Source of the DNA: Candidatus Latescibacterota bacterium
GTDB lineage: Bacteria; Latescibacterota; UBA2968
Direction of reading: 5' to 3'
Assembly (NCBI GenBank): GCA_022824945.1
Contig: JAJDYX010000013.1
Coordinates: forward strand, 513 to 64,512
Length of the DNA stretch: 64,000 bases
This document shows, one piece after another, positions 10,044 through 18,500 of the stretch. The position numbers and the translations under genes are program-made. The notes below the pieces were generated by a model, which was not told where the DNA came from, searched no databases, and saw only the letters and a list, made by a program, of their open reading frames with translations. The stretch's first letter is position 1. Each line of letters begins with the position of its first letter.

Positions 10044-10077
10044 ATTTGAATGTGAACGTTTGAATGTGAACGTTTGT
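10044..10077 (+). repeat. Tandem 14-mer TTTGAATGTGAACG x2.4
   Basis: Two exact copies lie at 10044-10057 and 10058-10071, followed by a partial third. The repeat sits in the divergent region between the protease gene and the toxin-antitoxin promoter. Confidence 0.7.
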
Positions 10078-10119
10078 GTTAATATAAAAGATATAGTTTA
10101 TGGGTCAATATCAAAAGGA

Positions 10120-10148
10120 TTGACATAATATAACTAATTAGATATAAT
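10120..10148 (+). promoter_or_regulatory. Consensus sigma70-type promoter (TTGACA-17 nt-TATAAT) of the toxin-antitoxin operon
   Basis: TTGACA lies at 10120-10125, followed by a 17-nt spacer and TATAAT at 10143-10148. Only 6 nt separate the -10 box from the ATG at 10155. Confidence 0.65.
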
Positions 10149-10154
10149 CAGAGC

Positions 10155-10529
10155 ATGGAACGTGAAGGAATATTCCTCAGAAATGTCCGGTGGGTTGGAG
10201 ATTCGAGAGAACAGCTACAGCGTTTTCCCAACCAGGTCCGCAAAGATATTGGACATTTGCTCTATCTGGTGCAGACTGGACAAACGCCGCCCTCTGCCAA
10301 GCCGATGAGGGGTATTGAATCCGGCGTATTTGAGATTGTCCGTGATTATGCTACAAATACCTACCGCGCCGTTTATACGGTCAAGATTGGCAGAAGTCTT
10401 TATGTGCTCCATGCATTTCAAAAGAAATCAAAGAGAGGAATCGCCACCCCTAAGAGAGATATCGACTTAATTAAAAGACGATTGAGACGAGCTAAGGAGT
10501 TGGCTAAACAGGAGGAAGACTATGGATAA
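10155..10529 (+). CDS. HigB/Gp49-like (RelE superfamily) toxin
   Basis: The 124-aa product contains WVGDSREQLQRFP...GIESGVFEIV...YRAVYTVKIGRSLYVLHAFQKKS. The toxin gene comes first and overlaps the HTH gene by 8 nt. Confidence 0.75.
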   Translation: MEREGIFLRNVRWVGDSREQLQRFPNQVRKDIGHLLYLVQTGQTPPSAKPMRGIESGVFEIVRDYATNTYRAVYTVKIGRSLYVLHAFQKKSKRGIATPKRDIDLIKRRLRRAKELAKQEEDYG

Positions 10530-10848
10530 AGATATTAAAGTTGAGGAGAGTAGTGGCAATATCTTTTTAGATTTGGGCTTTGATGAAGAGGAAGCAAAAG
10601 AGGAGTTGCTCAAAGCGCAACTCGGTGCGGAGATTTTTCGAATTCTCGAACACCGCAAGCTGACTCAGACAAAGGCCGCGAGGATTCTTGAAGTTAAACA
10701 GCCAGAAATTTCCCGGCTTAAAAGCGGCAAGTTTTCCTATTACAGCGTCGAACGGTTGATGCGATTCCTCAATCGCCTCAATTGTGAGGTCAGCATTCAT
10801 ATTGCCTGGCCGGAGAGTGAAGGAGCCAAGAGGGTTATTGCGGTATAG
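10522..10848 (+). CDS. XRE-family HTH antitoxin (HigA-like)
   Basis: The HTH region is LTQTKAARILEVKQPEISRLKSGK...SVERLMRFLNRL. The gene overlaps the toxin gene. Confidence 0.75.
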   Translation: MDKDIKVEESSGNIFLDLGFDEEEAKEELLKAQLGAEIFRILEHRKLTQTKAARILEVKQPEISRLKSGKFSYYSVERLMRFLNRLNCEVSIHIAWPESEGAKRVIAV

Positions 10849-10870
10849 TTATTCAAGTTGACCTAAAAAA

Positions 10871-10907
10871 AGCACCTGATCAATCCCATCTGATCAGGTG
10901 CTTTTTT
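10871..10907. terminator. Bidirectional rho-independent terminator
   Basis: A perfect 12-bp stem, AGCACCTGATCA / TGATCAGGTGCT, is preceded by an A-run and followed by TTTTTT. It lies between convergent genes. Confidence 0.8.
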
Positions 10908-10925
10908 CTTTTTATGTAATTCAAC

Positions 10926-13454
10926 CTACGCCGCGCTTCGGCTCTGTCTCGCTTTTGCCTCCCGGCGGTTGTGCCATTCGACCACGATAGGCGATGCGAC
11001 AAATGCCGAGGAGTAGGTTCCCACGATGACGCCGATGAGCAGGGCGAATGCAAAGTCGCGGATTACTTCTCCGCCCAGAAGGATGAGGGAGAGGACGACC
11101 AGCATGGTGGTGCCCGAGGTGAGTACCGTGCGGTTGAGACACTCGTTGATGGCGCGGTTGATTACGGAGGCAAATGTATCTCGGCGATACAATTTGATGT
11201 CTTCGCGTATGCGGTCATAGACCACGATTGTATCGTTGAGGGAGTATCCCACAATGGTGAGCAAGGCCGCCACAATGGCCAGGGAGATCTCCCAATTTAG
11301 AACTGAAAAGATCCCCAGGGTGATCATGACGTCGTGGAAAAGGGCGATGACGGCTGCGATCCCGAACTCGATTTGCCTGAAGCGCCACCACACGTAGATG
11401 ATAATGAGTATCATTGCGACGAGGATGGCATATACGGCATTGGTCTTGAGTTCTTCGCCAATTTTGGGTCCGACGGCTTCCTGCCGCCGCAACCACTCGG
11501 TCTCATCTTGAATATTGCCGGCAAAATCGGATTTGAGTCTGGTTTTTATGGCGTCTGCAATGGCCGTGCCTTCGGCTTCTTCTTCCACGCGAATGAGGAT
11601 GTCGTTGACCGAGCCGAATTCTTTGATTTCGCTGTTGCGCAAGTCCATGCTCTGGTCCTCAACGCGGACATCGCCCAGAGACTGGCGGATGTCGCCGACA
11701 GAGGCCGGGGGATCAAAGTGCAATTCGAGCAATGTGCCCCCGGCAAAGTCGATGCCCAGGTTATAACCGCCTTTGGTGAAGGTGGAACCCAGGCCGAACA
11801 GGATGAGAACAGCCGACAAGATGAAAGCGCCCCGTCGAACACCGAGAAAGTTGATGCTGGTGTCGCCAAATACGCGCAGCCTGCCAATGCTGAGGCGGGG
11901 ATTGACCTGGCGCGAGACAATGGTGTCGTAAACGGTGCGCGTGACAAAGATGGCGGTGAACATCGAGGAGATGATACCGATCATCAGGGTGAGTGCAAAT
12001 CCCTTGATGGGACCGGTGCCGTATTGGTAGAGTACGATGGCTGTGATGATGGTGGTTACGTTGGCATCTACGATGGTCTGGACGGCGCGCGCATAACCAT
12101 TTTCGATGGCTACCCGCACGGTTTTTTCTGCGCGCAATTCCTCGCGGATGCGTTCGAGAATCAGCACGTTGGCATCTACTGCCATACCTATGGTTAAAAT
12201 AATACCCGCTATGCCGGGCAGGGTGAGCGTGCCTTGAAATGCCGCGAGTATGGCCATGACAAAGACGAGGTTGAGCACGAGCGCGAGGTCGGCGACGAGG
12301 CCCGAAAAGCCGTAGTAGATGACCATGAAGATGATGACTATGACGAGGCCGATGAGGGCTGCATTTCTGCCCTGTTCTATGGAGTCGCGTCCAAGTGAAG
12401 GTCCGACCGTGCGGTCTTCGACGATATTGACGTCGGCGGGTAGCGCACCTGCGCGCAAGACAATGGCGAGGTCTTTGGCTTCGTCAACGGTGCCAGTGCC
12501 TTCAATAATGCCCGAGCCCTGGTTGATTTTGGAGCGGATTGTGGGCGCGGAATAGACCTGATCATCGAGAATAATGGCCATGCGTTCGCCCACGTTGGCG
12601 CCCGTGACCCGTCCAAAGAGGCGCACGCCCTGGCTGGTGGTGGTGAAGTTGACAATGGGTTGACCGGCGTTTTCAAAAGATTGTCCGGTTGTGACAGAGG
12701 CATCGGAGAGGATTTCACCCGTCATTTCTACGCGCCTTTTGAGATAATAAAGCGCGCGATAGCGTTGCCCATCGCCCATTTCTTCGACTTTGGAATTCCA
12801 CAGGAATTGCGCGTCGGGTGGCAGGAGCTTTTGTACGTCCGGGCGATTCAGAAGTTCTCGCACGGTGAGTATATTGTCTTCTGGCACCACGAAGTCTCCC
12901 CGAGAAGAGAGCATATAGCGAGAGAGAGATGGGGTTTCTTCAGCTATTTGCCCGAGGAGTGGGTCTTCGGCTTTCGCGGTGTCAACAGGTGCTTGCGCGG
13001 CGAGGTGGCGGTCAATTTTTTCGATTATGCCAGCGCGGTCGGCGTCGGATTTGAGGATTTTAAATTCGAGGCGCGCGGTTTTGCCGATCAGGCCCTTGGC
13101 GCGTTCGATGTCCTGCACACCCGGCAATTCGACCACGATGCGCCAATCGCCTTCGCGGTGAATGATGGGTTCAGAGACGCCGAATTGATCGATGCGATTG
13201 CGGATAATTTCGAGGGCGCGTGCGACCACGTCTGTTTTTTCATCTTCTGAGAGATTGGTTTGATCCACTTCGAGAACGAGATGGATACCCCCTTGTAAGT
13301 CCAATCCGAGGTTGATGGCCTGCTGTTTTACGCGCTCTCGCTGGTCTAAATTTTCCGGAGGTGCGTAGTAAAATTGGTAGGTGGGATAGAGATAAAAAAG
13401 TGCGAGCACTATGGTCGCACAGATGATTAACAAACGCCAGTATTCTCGGGTCAT
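10926..13454 (-). CDS. secDF: Fused protein-export membrane protein SecDF
   Basis: The 842-aa product has a SecD-type N-terminal TM segment, a large periplasmic loop and six TM segments. A SecF-like second half follows. Confidence 0.9.
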   Translation of the reverse strand: MTREYWRLLIICATIVLALFYLYPTYQFYYAPPENLDQRERVKQQAINLGLDLQGGIHLVLEVDQTNLSEDEKTDVVARALEIIRNRIDQFGVSEPIIHREGDWRIVVELPGVQDIERAKGLIGKTARLEFKILKSDADRAGIIEKIDRHLAAQAPVDTAKAEDPLLGQIAEETPSLSRYMLSSRGDFVVPEDNILTVRELLNRPDVQKLLPPDAQFLWNSKVEEMGDGQRYRALYYLKRRVEMTGEILSDASVTTGQSFENAGQPIVNFTTTSQGVRLFGRVTGANVGERMAIILDDQVYSAPTIRSKINQGSGIIEGTGTVDEAKDLAIVLRAGALPADVNIVEDRTVGPSLGRDSIEQGRNAALIGLVIVIIFMVIYYGFSGLVADLALVLNLVFVMAILAAFQGTLTLPGIAGIILTIGMAVDANVLILERIREELRAEKTVRVAIENGYARAVQTIVDANVTTIITAIVLYQYGTGPIKGFALTLMIGIISSMFTAIFVTRTVYDTIVSRQVNPRLSIGRLRVFGDTSINFLGVRRGAFILSAVLILFGLGSTFTKGGYNLGIDFAGGTLLELHFDPPASVGDIRQSLGDVRVEDQSMDLRNSEIKEFGSVNDILIRVEEEAEGTAIADAIKTRLKSDFAGNIQDETEWLRRQEAVGPKIGEELKTNAVYAILVAMILIIIYVWWRFRQIEFGIAAVIALFHDVMITLGIFSVLNWEISLAIVAALLTIVGYSLNDTIVVYDRIREDIKLYRRDTFASVINRAINECLNRTVLTSGTTMLVVLSLILLGGEVIRDFAFALLIGVIVGTYSSAFVASPIVVEWHNRREAKARQSRSAA

Positions 13455-13483
13455 CGCAGAAAGTTACTCCGTTTAGGTGTGAT

Positions 13484-14452
13484 TTATTGGTCGCGTTCAA
13501 CCACGTGTTGAACCGCCAATACGAGCGCGTCGCGCGCGCTGGAGGTGTGTAGAGCATTCAAATTTTTGAGAGCGGATTGGGCATAAGAACGCGCTTCTTT
13601 TCGCGCGGCTTCTACGCCCCGATAGCGCTGGACAAAGCGCAGTACTTCTCGCCAGTCGCTGTCGGTTTCTACGCCATTGAGTACTTTGCTGCGAATGTGG
13701 GCAGCTTCGCCGTTTTTGCAGTTTGCCAGTGCCCGAATTAAGGGTAAGGTCAGCTTTTTTTCTCGAAGATCGTTTCCCGTGGGTTTGCCCATGCTATTTG
13801 CACTGCCCATCAGGTCGAGGACGTCGTCGGTAATCTGGAAGGCGACGCCGATTTCGCTGCCGAAAGATGCCATACGCGCGATCTGGTCAGGCGATCCATT
13901 GCCCAAAATAGCACCCAATTCGCAAGCCAATGCGAGCAGTGATGCTGTTTTTTGGTTGATCATGCGAAAATAGAGCGAGGCTTCCCCCGAAGAAGATATT
14001 TCGCCCTCGAGAATTTCTCCTTCGACGACGCGCTGTATCGCGTGGGTCGTGGCGTCCATGACCGGTAGAGAGTTGAGTCCAACGAGCACTTGCATTGATT
14101 TGGCAAAGAGAAAATCGCCCATCAATATGGCTGCGCGGTTGCCCCATTGGAGGTGTAAGACGTCGGCACCCCGGCGCGTTTCCGCGTTGTCGATCACATC
14201 GTCGTGAATAAGCGATGCCGTTTGTATAATTTCAACGCCTACAGCAGCATCGATTACCGCGTCTGAACACTCGCCCACGGCCTGCGCTGTTAAGAATGCA
14301 AGAGCAGGTCGAAAACGCCTGCCCCTGTTTTTAACAACGTGATAGGCCATTTCTTGTATGCCCCCGATATCAGAGGCCGTCATAATTTCTTCGAGACGGG
14401 TTTCAAAACGTGCGATCTGATATTGGATGGGCGCGAAAATTTGGTCTAACAT
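13484..14452 (-). CDS. Long-chain polyprenyl diphosphate synthase (IspB/HepT-like)
   Basis: It has the two aspartate-rich motifs LIHDDVIDNAETRRG and DDVLD. The product chain length cannot be determined from sequence. Confidence 0.85.
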   Translation of the reverse strand: MLDQIFAPIQYQIARFETRLEEIMTASDIGGIQEMAYHVVKNRGRRFRPALAFLTAQAVGECSDAVIDAAVGVEIIQTASLIHDDVIDNAETRRGADVLHLQWGNRAAILMGDFLFAKSMQVLVGLNSLPVMDATTHAIQRVVEGEILEGEISSSGEASLYFRMINQKTASLLALACELGAILGNGSPDQIARMASFGSEIGVAFQITDDVLDLMGSANSMGKPTGNDLREKKLTLPLIRALANCKNGEAAHIRSKVLNGVETDSDWREVLRFVQRYRGVEAARKEARSYAQSALKNLNALHTSSARDALVLAVQHVVERDQ

Positions 14453-14529
14453 GGCGCGTTTATAAAGGGGTGAGACAAACGAATATTAAGGCGTGAGAAA
14501 TTAACAAAAAAGGTTGTAAAAGTCAATGA

Positions 14530-15396
14530 TTAGCAATTGGCGGTTGCCCGCGCGAGTACCGCGCGGGGATATCCCCCGAGGTCGGTGTGGGTAGCGATGT
14601 GGGTGAGGCCACTTTGTCGCGCGAGCAGTTGGGTGACGGCATCGGCCTGGTCATGGCCGATTTCCAAACCCAATAATCCGTCTGGTGCGAGCAAAGGGAC
14701 GCTTGTGGGAATGATTTTGCGATAAAAGTCGAGGCCGTCGCAGCCTCCGTCTAAGGCGAGACGAGGATCACTGGCGCGAACTTCGGGTTGTAGCGCGTCG
14801 ATTGCATGGCTGGGGATATATGGGGGATTGGAGAGGATGGCATCGAAGCCCTCTGGCGGTGCAAAGGATGTGAGGAGGTCGGTTTGTAGAAAGGAAATGC
14901 GGTTGGAAACGCCGTTGAGGCAGGCGTTTTGGCTGGCGAGGTAGAGAGCTTTGCGCGATATGTCTGTGGCGATTACATGCGATCTTGTGAGTGCTTTGCT
15001 CAGGGTGATGGCGATGATGCCGGATCCGGTGCCAATGTCGATGATGCGGGGTTTTGTGACGTTTTTTAATTGGTCGAGGACAATTTCGACGAGGATTTCT
15101 GTTTCCGGTCGGGGAATCAGGGCATCGGGTGTGGTGCGAAAGGGGAGGCCGTAAAATTCGGTGTTGCCCAAAAGGTGTTGCAGGGGGACGCGGTCAGCGC
15201 GGCGGTGAATCAGGTTGCGAAAGGTCGCGTTTTGTGCAGGTGTGAGCGGCTGGCGCGCCCGCATAAGCAGTTCTGAACGCGGGCATTCGAGCACATGGGC
15301 GAGTGTCCATTCGGCATCTGCCCGTGGACTGGAGACACCCGCTTTGGCGAGGATGTCTCTTGCCCAGGTCAGGAGATGGGGGATGGAGGAGGACAT
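14530..15396 (-). CDS. prmC: Release-factor glutamine N5-methyltransferase PrmC/HemK
   Basis: It has the SAM motif IIDIGTGSGIIAI and the catalytic NPPY motif. It lies immediately downstream of prfA. Confidence 0.9.
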   Translation of the reverse strand: MSSSIPHLLTWARDILAKAGVSSPRADAEWTLAHVLECPRSELLMRARQPLTPAQNATFRNLIHRRADRVPLQHLLGNTEFYGLPFRTTPDALIPRPETEILVEIVLDQLKNVTKPRIIDIGTGSGIIAITLSKALTRSHVIATDISRKALYLASQNACLNGVSNRISFLQTDLLTSFAPPEGFDAILSNPPYIPSHAIDALQPEVRASDPRLALDGGCDGLDFYRKIIPTSVPLLAPDGLLGLEIGHDQADAVTQLLARQSGLTHIATHTDLGGYPRAVLARATANC

Positions 15397-15410
15397 GGGG
15401 GTTAGAGGAT

Positions 15411-16478
15411 TTATTCCTGCTGTTTGAGTTTTTCCGTTTGGTCAGAGAGGCGAAGGGCTTCGATGAGTTCTGCGATGTTGCCGTCCAGAATGTCTTCAAG
15501 TCTGTGCAGGGTGAGTTTGATACGGTGGTCGGTTACGCGCCCTTGTGGGAAATTATAGGTGCGAATTTTCGCGCTTCGGTCGCCGCTGCCAATTTGTGAG
15601 CGGCGGTCGGCGGCGGTTTTTGCCTGTTGTTCGCGGATGGCCTGGTCGAGCAGGCGCGAGCGCAAGACTTTGAGTGCTTTGGCTCTGTTTTTGTGCTGGG
15701 ATTTTTCGTCCTGACATGTGACGACAAGACCCGATGGCATGTGGGTGATGCGCACTGCTGAGTCGGTGGTGTTGACGCTTTGACCGCCGGGACCTGAGGA
15801 GCGAAAGACATCGATTTTGAGGTCGTTGAGATCGATGTCTATATCGACGTCTTCTGCATCGGGAAGAACGGCTACGGTAGCTGTCGAGGTGTGGATGCGG
15901 CCGCTGGATTCGGTTTCGGGTATGCGCTGGACCCGGTGTACACCGCTTTCGTATTTTAGCCTACCGTAGATGCCGTTGCCAACGACTAAGAAGATGATCT
16001 CTTTGTATCCACCAATTCCCGTGGGATTTGAACTGAGGATTTCACAGCGCCCACCCGTGTTTTCTGCATAGCGCGAGTACATGCGGTGGAGATCGGCGGC
16101 AAAGAGGGCGGCTTCGTCTCCGCCTGCGCCTGCGCGTATTTCGACGACAGTGTCTTTGCTGTCGTTGGGGTCTTTGGGGATTAAGAGCATTTTGAGCTTG
16201 TTGGACAGGTCTGATTCGCGCAGGGCGAGGTCTTCTTTTTCCATCTGCGCCATATCGACGAGTTCGGCGTCATCTGACGTGCTGATGATGTCATTTACTT
16301 CGGCGAGGTCTTCGTACACTTTGTTGTAGTCGCGATACGTTGTGACGATTTCTTCGAGGTCGCGGTATTCTTTGCCGAGTTTGCGAAGGCGGTTGGGGTC
16401 TGAGGCGACTTCGGGTCTGGCCATTTCTTCGCCGAGTTTGAAATAGCGAGTTTCAATGGTTTTGAGTTGTTCAAACAT
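15411..16478 (-). CDS. prfA: Peptide chain release factor 1
   Basis: It has the GGQ motif ([23 protein letters not shown]) and an RF1-type overall sequence. Confidence 0.95.
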   Translation of the reverse strand: MFEQLKTIETRYFKLGEEMARPEVASDPNRLRKLGKEYRDLEEIVTTYRDYNKVYEDLAEVNDIISTSDDAELVDMAQMEKEDLALRESDLSNKLKMLLIPKDPNDSKDTVVEIRAGAGGDEAALFAADLHRMYSRYAENTGGRCEILSSNPTGIGGYKEIIFLVVGNGIYGRLKYESGVHRVQRIPETESSGRIHTSTATVAVLPDAEDVDIDIDLNDLKIDVFRSSGPGGQSVNTTDSAVRITHMPSGLVVTCQDEKSQHKNRAKALKVLRSRLLDQAIREQQAKTAADRRSQIGSGDRSAKIRTYNFPQGRVTDHRIKLTLHRLEDILDGNIAELIEALRLSDQTEKLKQQE

Positions 16479-16482
16479 TTTA

Positions 16483-16514
16483 GAAGTGTGAAGTGTGAAG
16501 TGTGAAGTGTGAAG
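16483..16514 (+). repeat. Tandem heptamer GAAGTGT x4.6 (CACACTT on the prfA mRNA strand)
   Basis: The exact copies begin 5 nt upstream of the prfA start codon. No Shine-Dalgarno sequence is visible between the repeat and the ATG. Confidence 0.85.
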
Positions 16515-16542
16515 GGCGGGAAACTAAAAGCCGATAGCCATA

Positions 16543-16585
16543 CAAAAAGGGCGAAACAGTCGCGGTATGCGGCCGTTTCGCCCTT
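16543..16585 (-). terminator. rho-independent terminator of rpmE
   Basis: The stem is AAGGGCGAAAC / GTTTCGCCCTT. It is followed by a T-run on the minus strand. Confidence 0.7.
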
Positions 16586-16604
16586 CTATATGTGGATCGC
16601 GTTG

Positions 16605-16895
16605 CTAACTGTCCGTTTTTTCTTCTGCGTTTTCTTCTTCCCCGCCTTCAATACCATACCGGCGGCGATAGCGCTCGACCATACCGGCAGTGTCAACGAG
16701 CATCATCTTGCCCGTGAAGAACGGATGGGTAGCCGAACTGATTTCCATTTTGATCAGTGGATAGGTGTTGCCGTCTTCCCATTCGATGGTTTCTTCAGAG
16801 GTGCGCGTCGATCGCGTTTTGACCCGAAATGGTGGGTTGGCACTGACGTCTTCAAAGATTACGTCGCGGTATTCTGGATGAATATTGGGTTTCAT
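16605..16895 (-). CDS. rpmE: 50S ribosomal protein L31 (type B, no CxxC zinc motif)
   Basis: The product reads [14 protein letters not shown]...THPFFTGK. I place the start at ATG 16895 rather than the ORF-track start. Confidence 0.9.
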   Translation of the reverse strand: MKPNIHPEYRDVIFEDVSANPPFRVKTRSTRTSEETIEWEDGNTYPLIKMEISSATHPFFTGKMMLVDTAGMVERYRRRYGIEGGEEENAEEKTDS

Positions 16896-16986
16896 GCGAT
16901 TATCCTCAAGTTGTTCGATTGTTGTTAAATAAAGACAGGTCGAAGAATATACCAAAATGCCCAAAAATAATCAAGTCGCAGACTTC

Positions 16987-18270
16987 TTAGAAGGCGTGAA
17001 TCGGTTCACTCATGGCATTGAGGAAGTCTTCGTTGGTTTTGTTTTCTTTGGTGCGTTCTGTGAAAAATTCCATCGCTTCCAGAGGTTGCATCTGGTTGAG
17101 TAGTTTTCGCAAGATCCAAACGCGGTTGAGTTCTTTTTCTTTTAGCAGAAGTTCTTCTTTGCGCGTGCTGGACATGGATACGTCAATGGCGGGAAAGATG
17201 CGGCGATTGGAGAGCCTGCGGTCCAGCTTGAGTTCCATGTTGCCCGTGCCTTTAAATTCTTCGAAGATGACTTCATCCATACGGCTTCCAGTTTCGACAA
17301 GAGCAGTTGCCAGGATGGTCAGGCTGCCGCCTTCTTCAATGTTGCGCGCTGCGCCAAAAAATCGCTTGGGCCACTGCATGGCGGTCGAGTCGAGACCCCC
17401 CGAGAGAATGCGCCCACTGTGTGGGGCAACGGTGTTATAGGCGCGAGCCAGGCGGGTAATGCTGTCGAGCAGGATGACCACGTCCTGCTGGTGTTCGACC
17501 AATCGCTTGGCTTTTTCTATGACCATGTCGGCGACCTGTACATGTCGGGTCGGGGGTTCGTCAAAGGTCGAACTGACGACTTCGCCTTCGACCGAACGGA
17601 TCATGTCTGTGACTTCTTCGGGGCGCTCGTCAATGAGGAGGACAATAAGCGTGATTTCGGGATGGTTTTTGGTAATGGCGTTGGCAATTTTTTGCAGGAG
17701 CATGGTTTTGCCCGTGAATGGGGGGGCGACTATCATGCCGCGTTGGCCTTTGCCGATTGGGGTGAGGAGGTTCATGATGCGGGTGGAGATGTCCTGTGAT
17801 TCGTATTCGAGGTCAATGCGTTCGTCCGGGTGCAGTGGCGTGAGATTGTCAAATAGGATTTTTTGTTTCGCGACTTCCGGGTCTTCAAAATTGACGGCCT
17901 CAACGCGAATGAGTGCAAAGTATTTTTCGTCGCCTCTCGGTGGACGAATATGCCCCGATATGGTGTCTCCAGTTCGCAGATTGAAGCGTTTGATTTGCGA
18001 GTGGCCCACATAGATGTCGTCGGGACCGGGCAAATAATTGTACTTTGGCGATCTGAGGAAGCCAAATCCGTCTTCGAGGATGTCGAGTACACCCTGGGCG
18101 AAGATACGTCCACTTTTTGCGGTTTGGCTCTGGAGTATAGCGAAGATGAGTTCTTGTCTTCGCAGGCTGCTGTAGCCTTGTATGTTGAGTGCCTGCGCGT
18201 ATTTGTTGAGTTCGGGTATGCTGCATTCCTGCAACTCAAACATGTTCAATTTTTCTTCGGTGATTGCCAT
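16987..18270 (-). CDS. rho: Transcription termination factor Rho
   Basis: The Rho N-terminal domain reads [27 protein letters not shown]. It also has an RNA-binding domain, the Walker A motif APPFTGKT and the C-terminal ATPase. I place the start at MAITEEK. Confidence 0.95.
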   Translation of the reverse strand: MAITEEKLNMFELQECSIPELNKYAQALNIQGYSSLRRQELIFAILQSQTAKSGRIFAQGVLDILEDGFGFLRSPKYNYLPGPDDIYVGHSQIKRFNLRTGDTISGHIRPPRGDEKYFALIRVEAVNFEDPEVAKQKILFDNLTPLHPDERIDLEYESQDISTRIMNLLTPIGKGQRGMIVAPPFTGKTMLLQKIANAITKNHPEITLIVLLIDERPEEVTDMIRSVEGEVVSSTFDEPPTRHVQVADMVIEKAKRLVEHQQDVVILLDSITRLARAYNTVAPHSGRILSGGLDSTAMQWPKRFFGAARNIEEGGSLTILATALVETGSRMDEVIFEEFKGTGNMELKLDRRLSNRRIFPAIDVSMSSTRKEELLLKEKELNRVWILRKLLNQMQPLEAMEFFTERTKENKTNEDFLNAMSEPIHAF

Positions 18271-18500
18271 TTTTGGGGGTTCCTGATGGGTTGGAAGGGG
18301 AGATGAGATACATGCCCGGACGACACCATGCCATGTGGGGCGCAAAACAGATGCTGTGCGAAATCATTGCGAAATCATTGGAGTACTGCGAAGCCTACGG
18401 AGAACAATGTTTTGGAAGATTGTGGGGCAGGATGCGGAGCATTAGTGCGAGGGAATGCTTTTTGAAGTTGACCTTAACCTAAAACAAACAATGTGGCTTG

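Noticed and set aside
7426-10908. A prophage or integrative island spanning the protease gene and the HigBA module.
   Set aside because: The only support is an impression of lower GC content and the bounding terminators. There is no integrase, att repeat or phage gene, so I keep it as a comment only.
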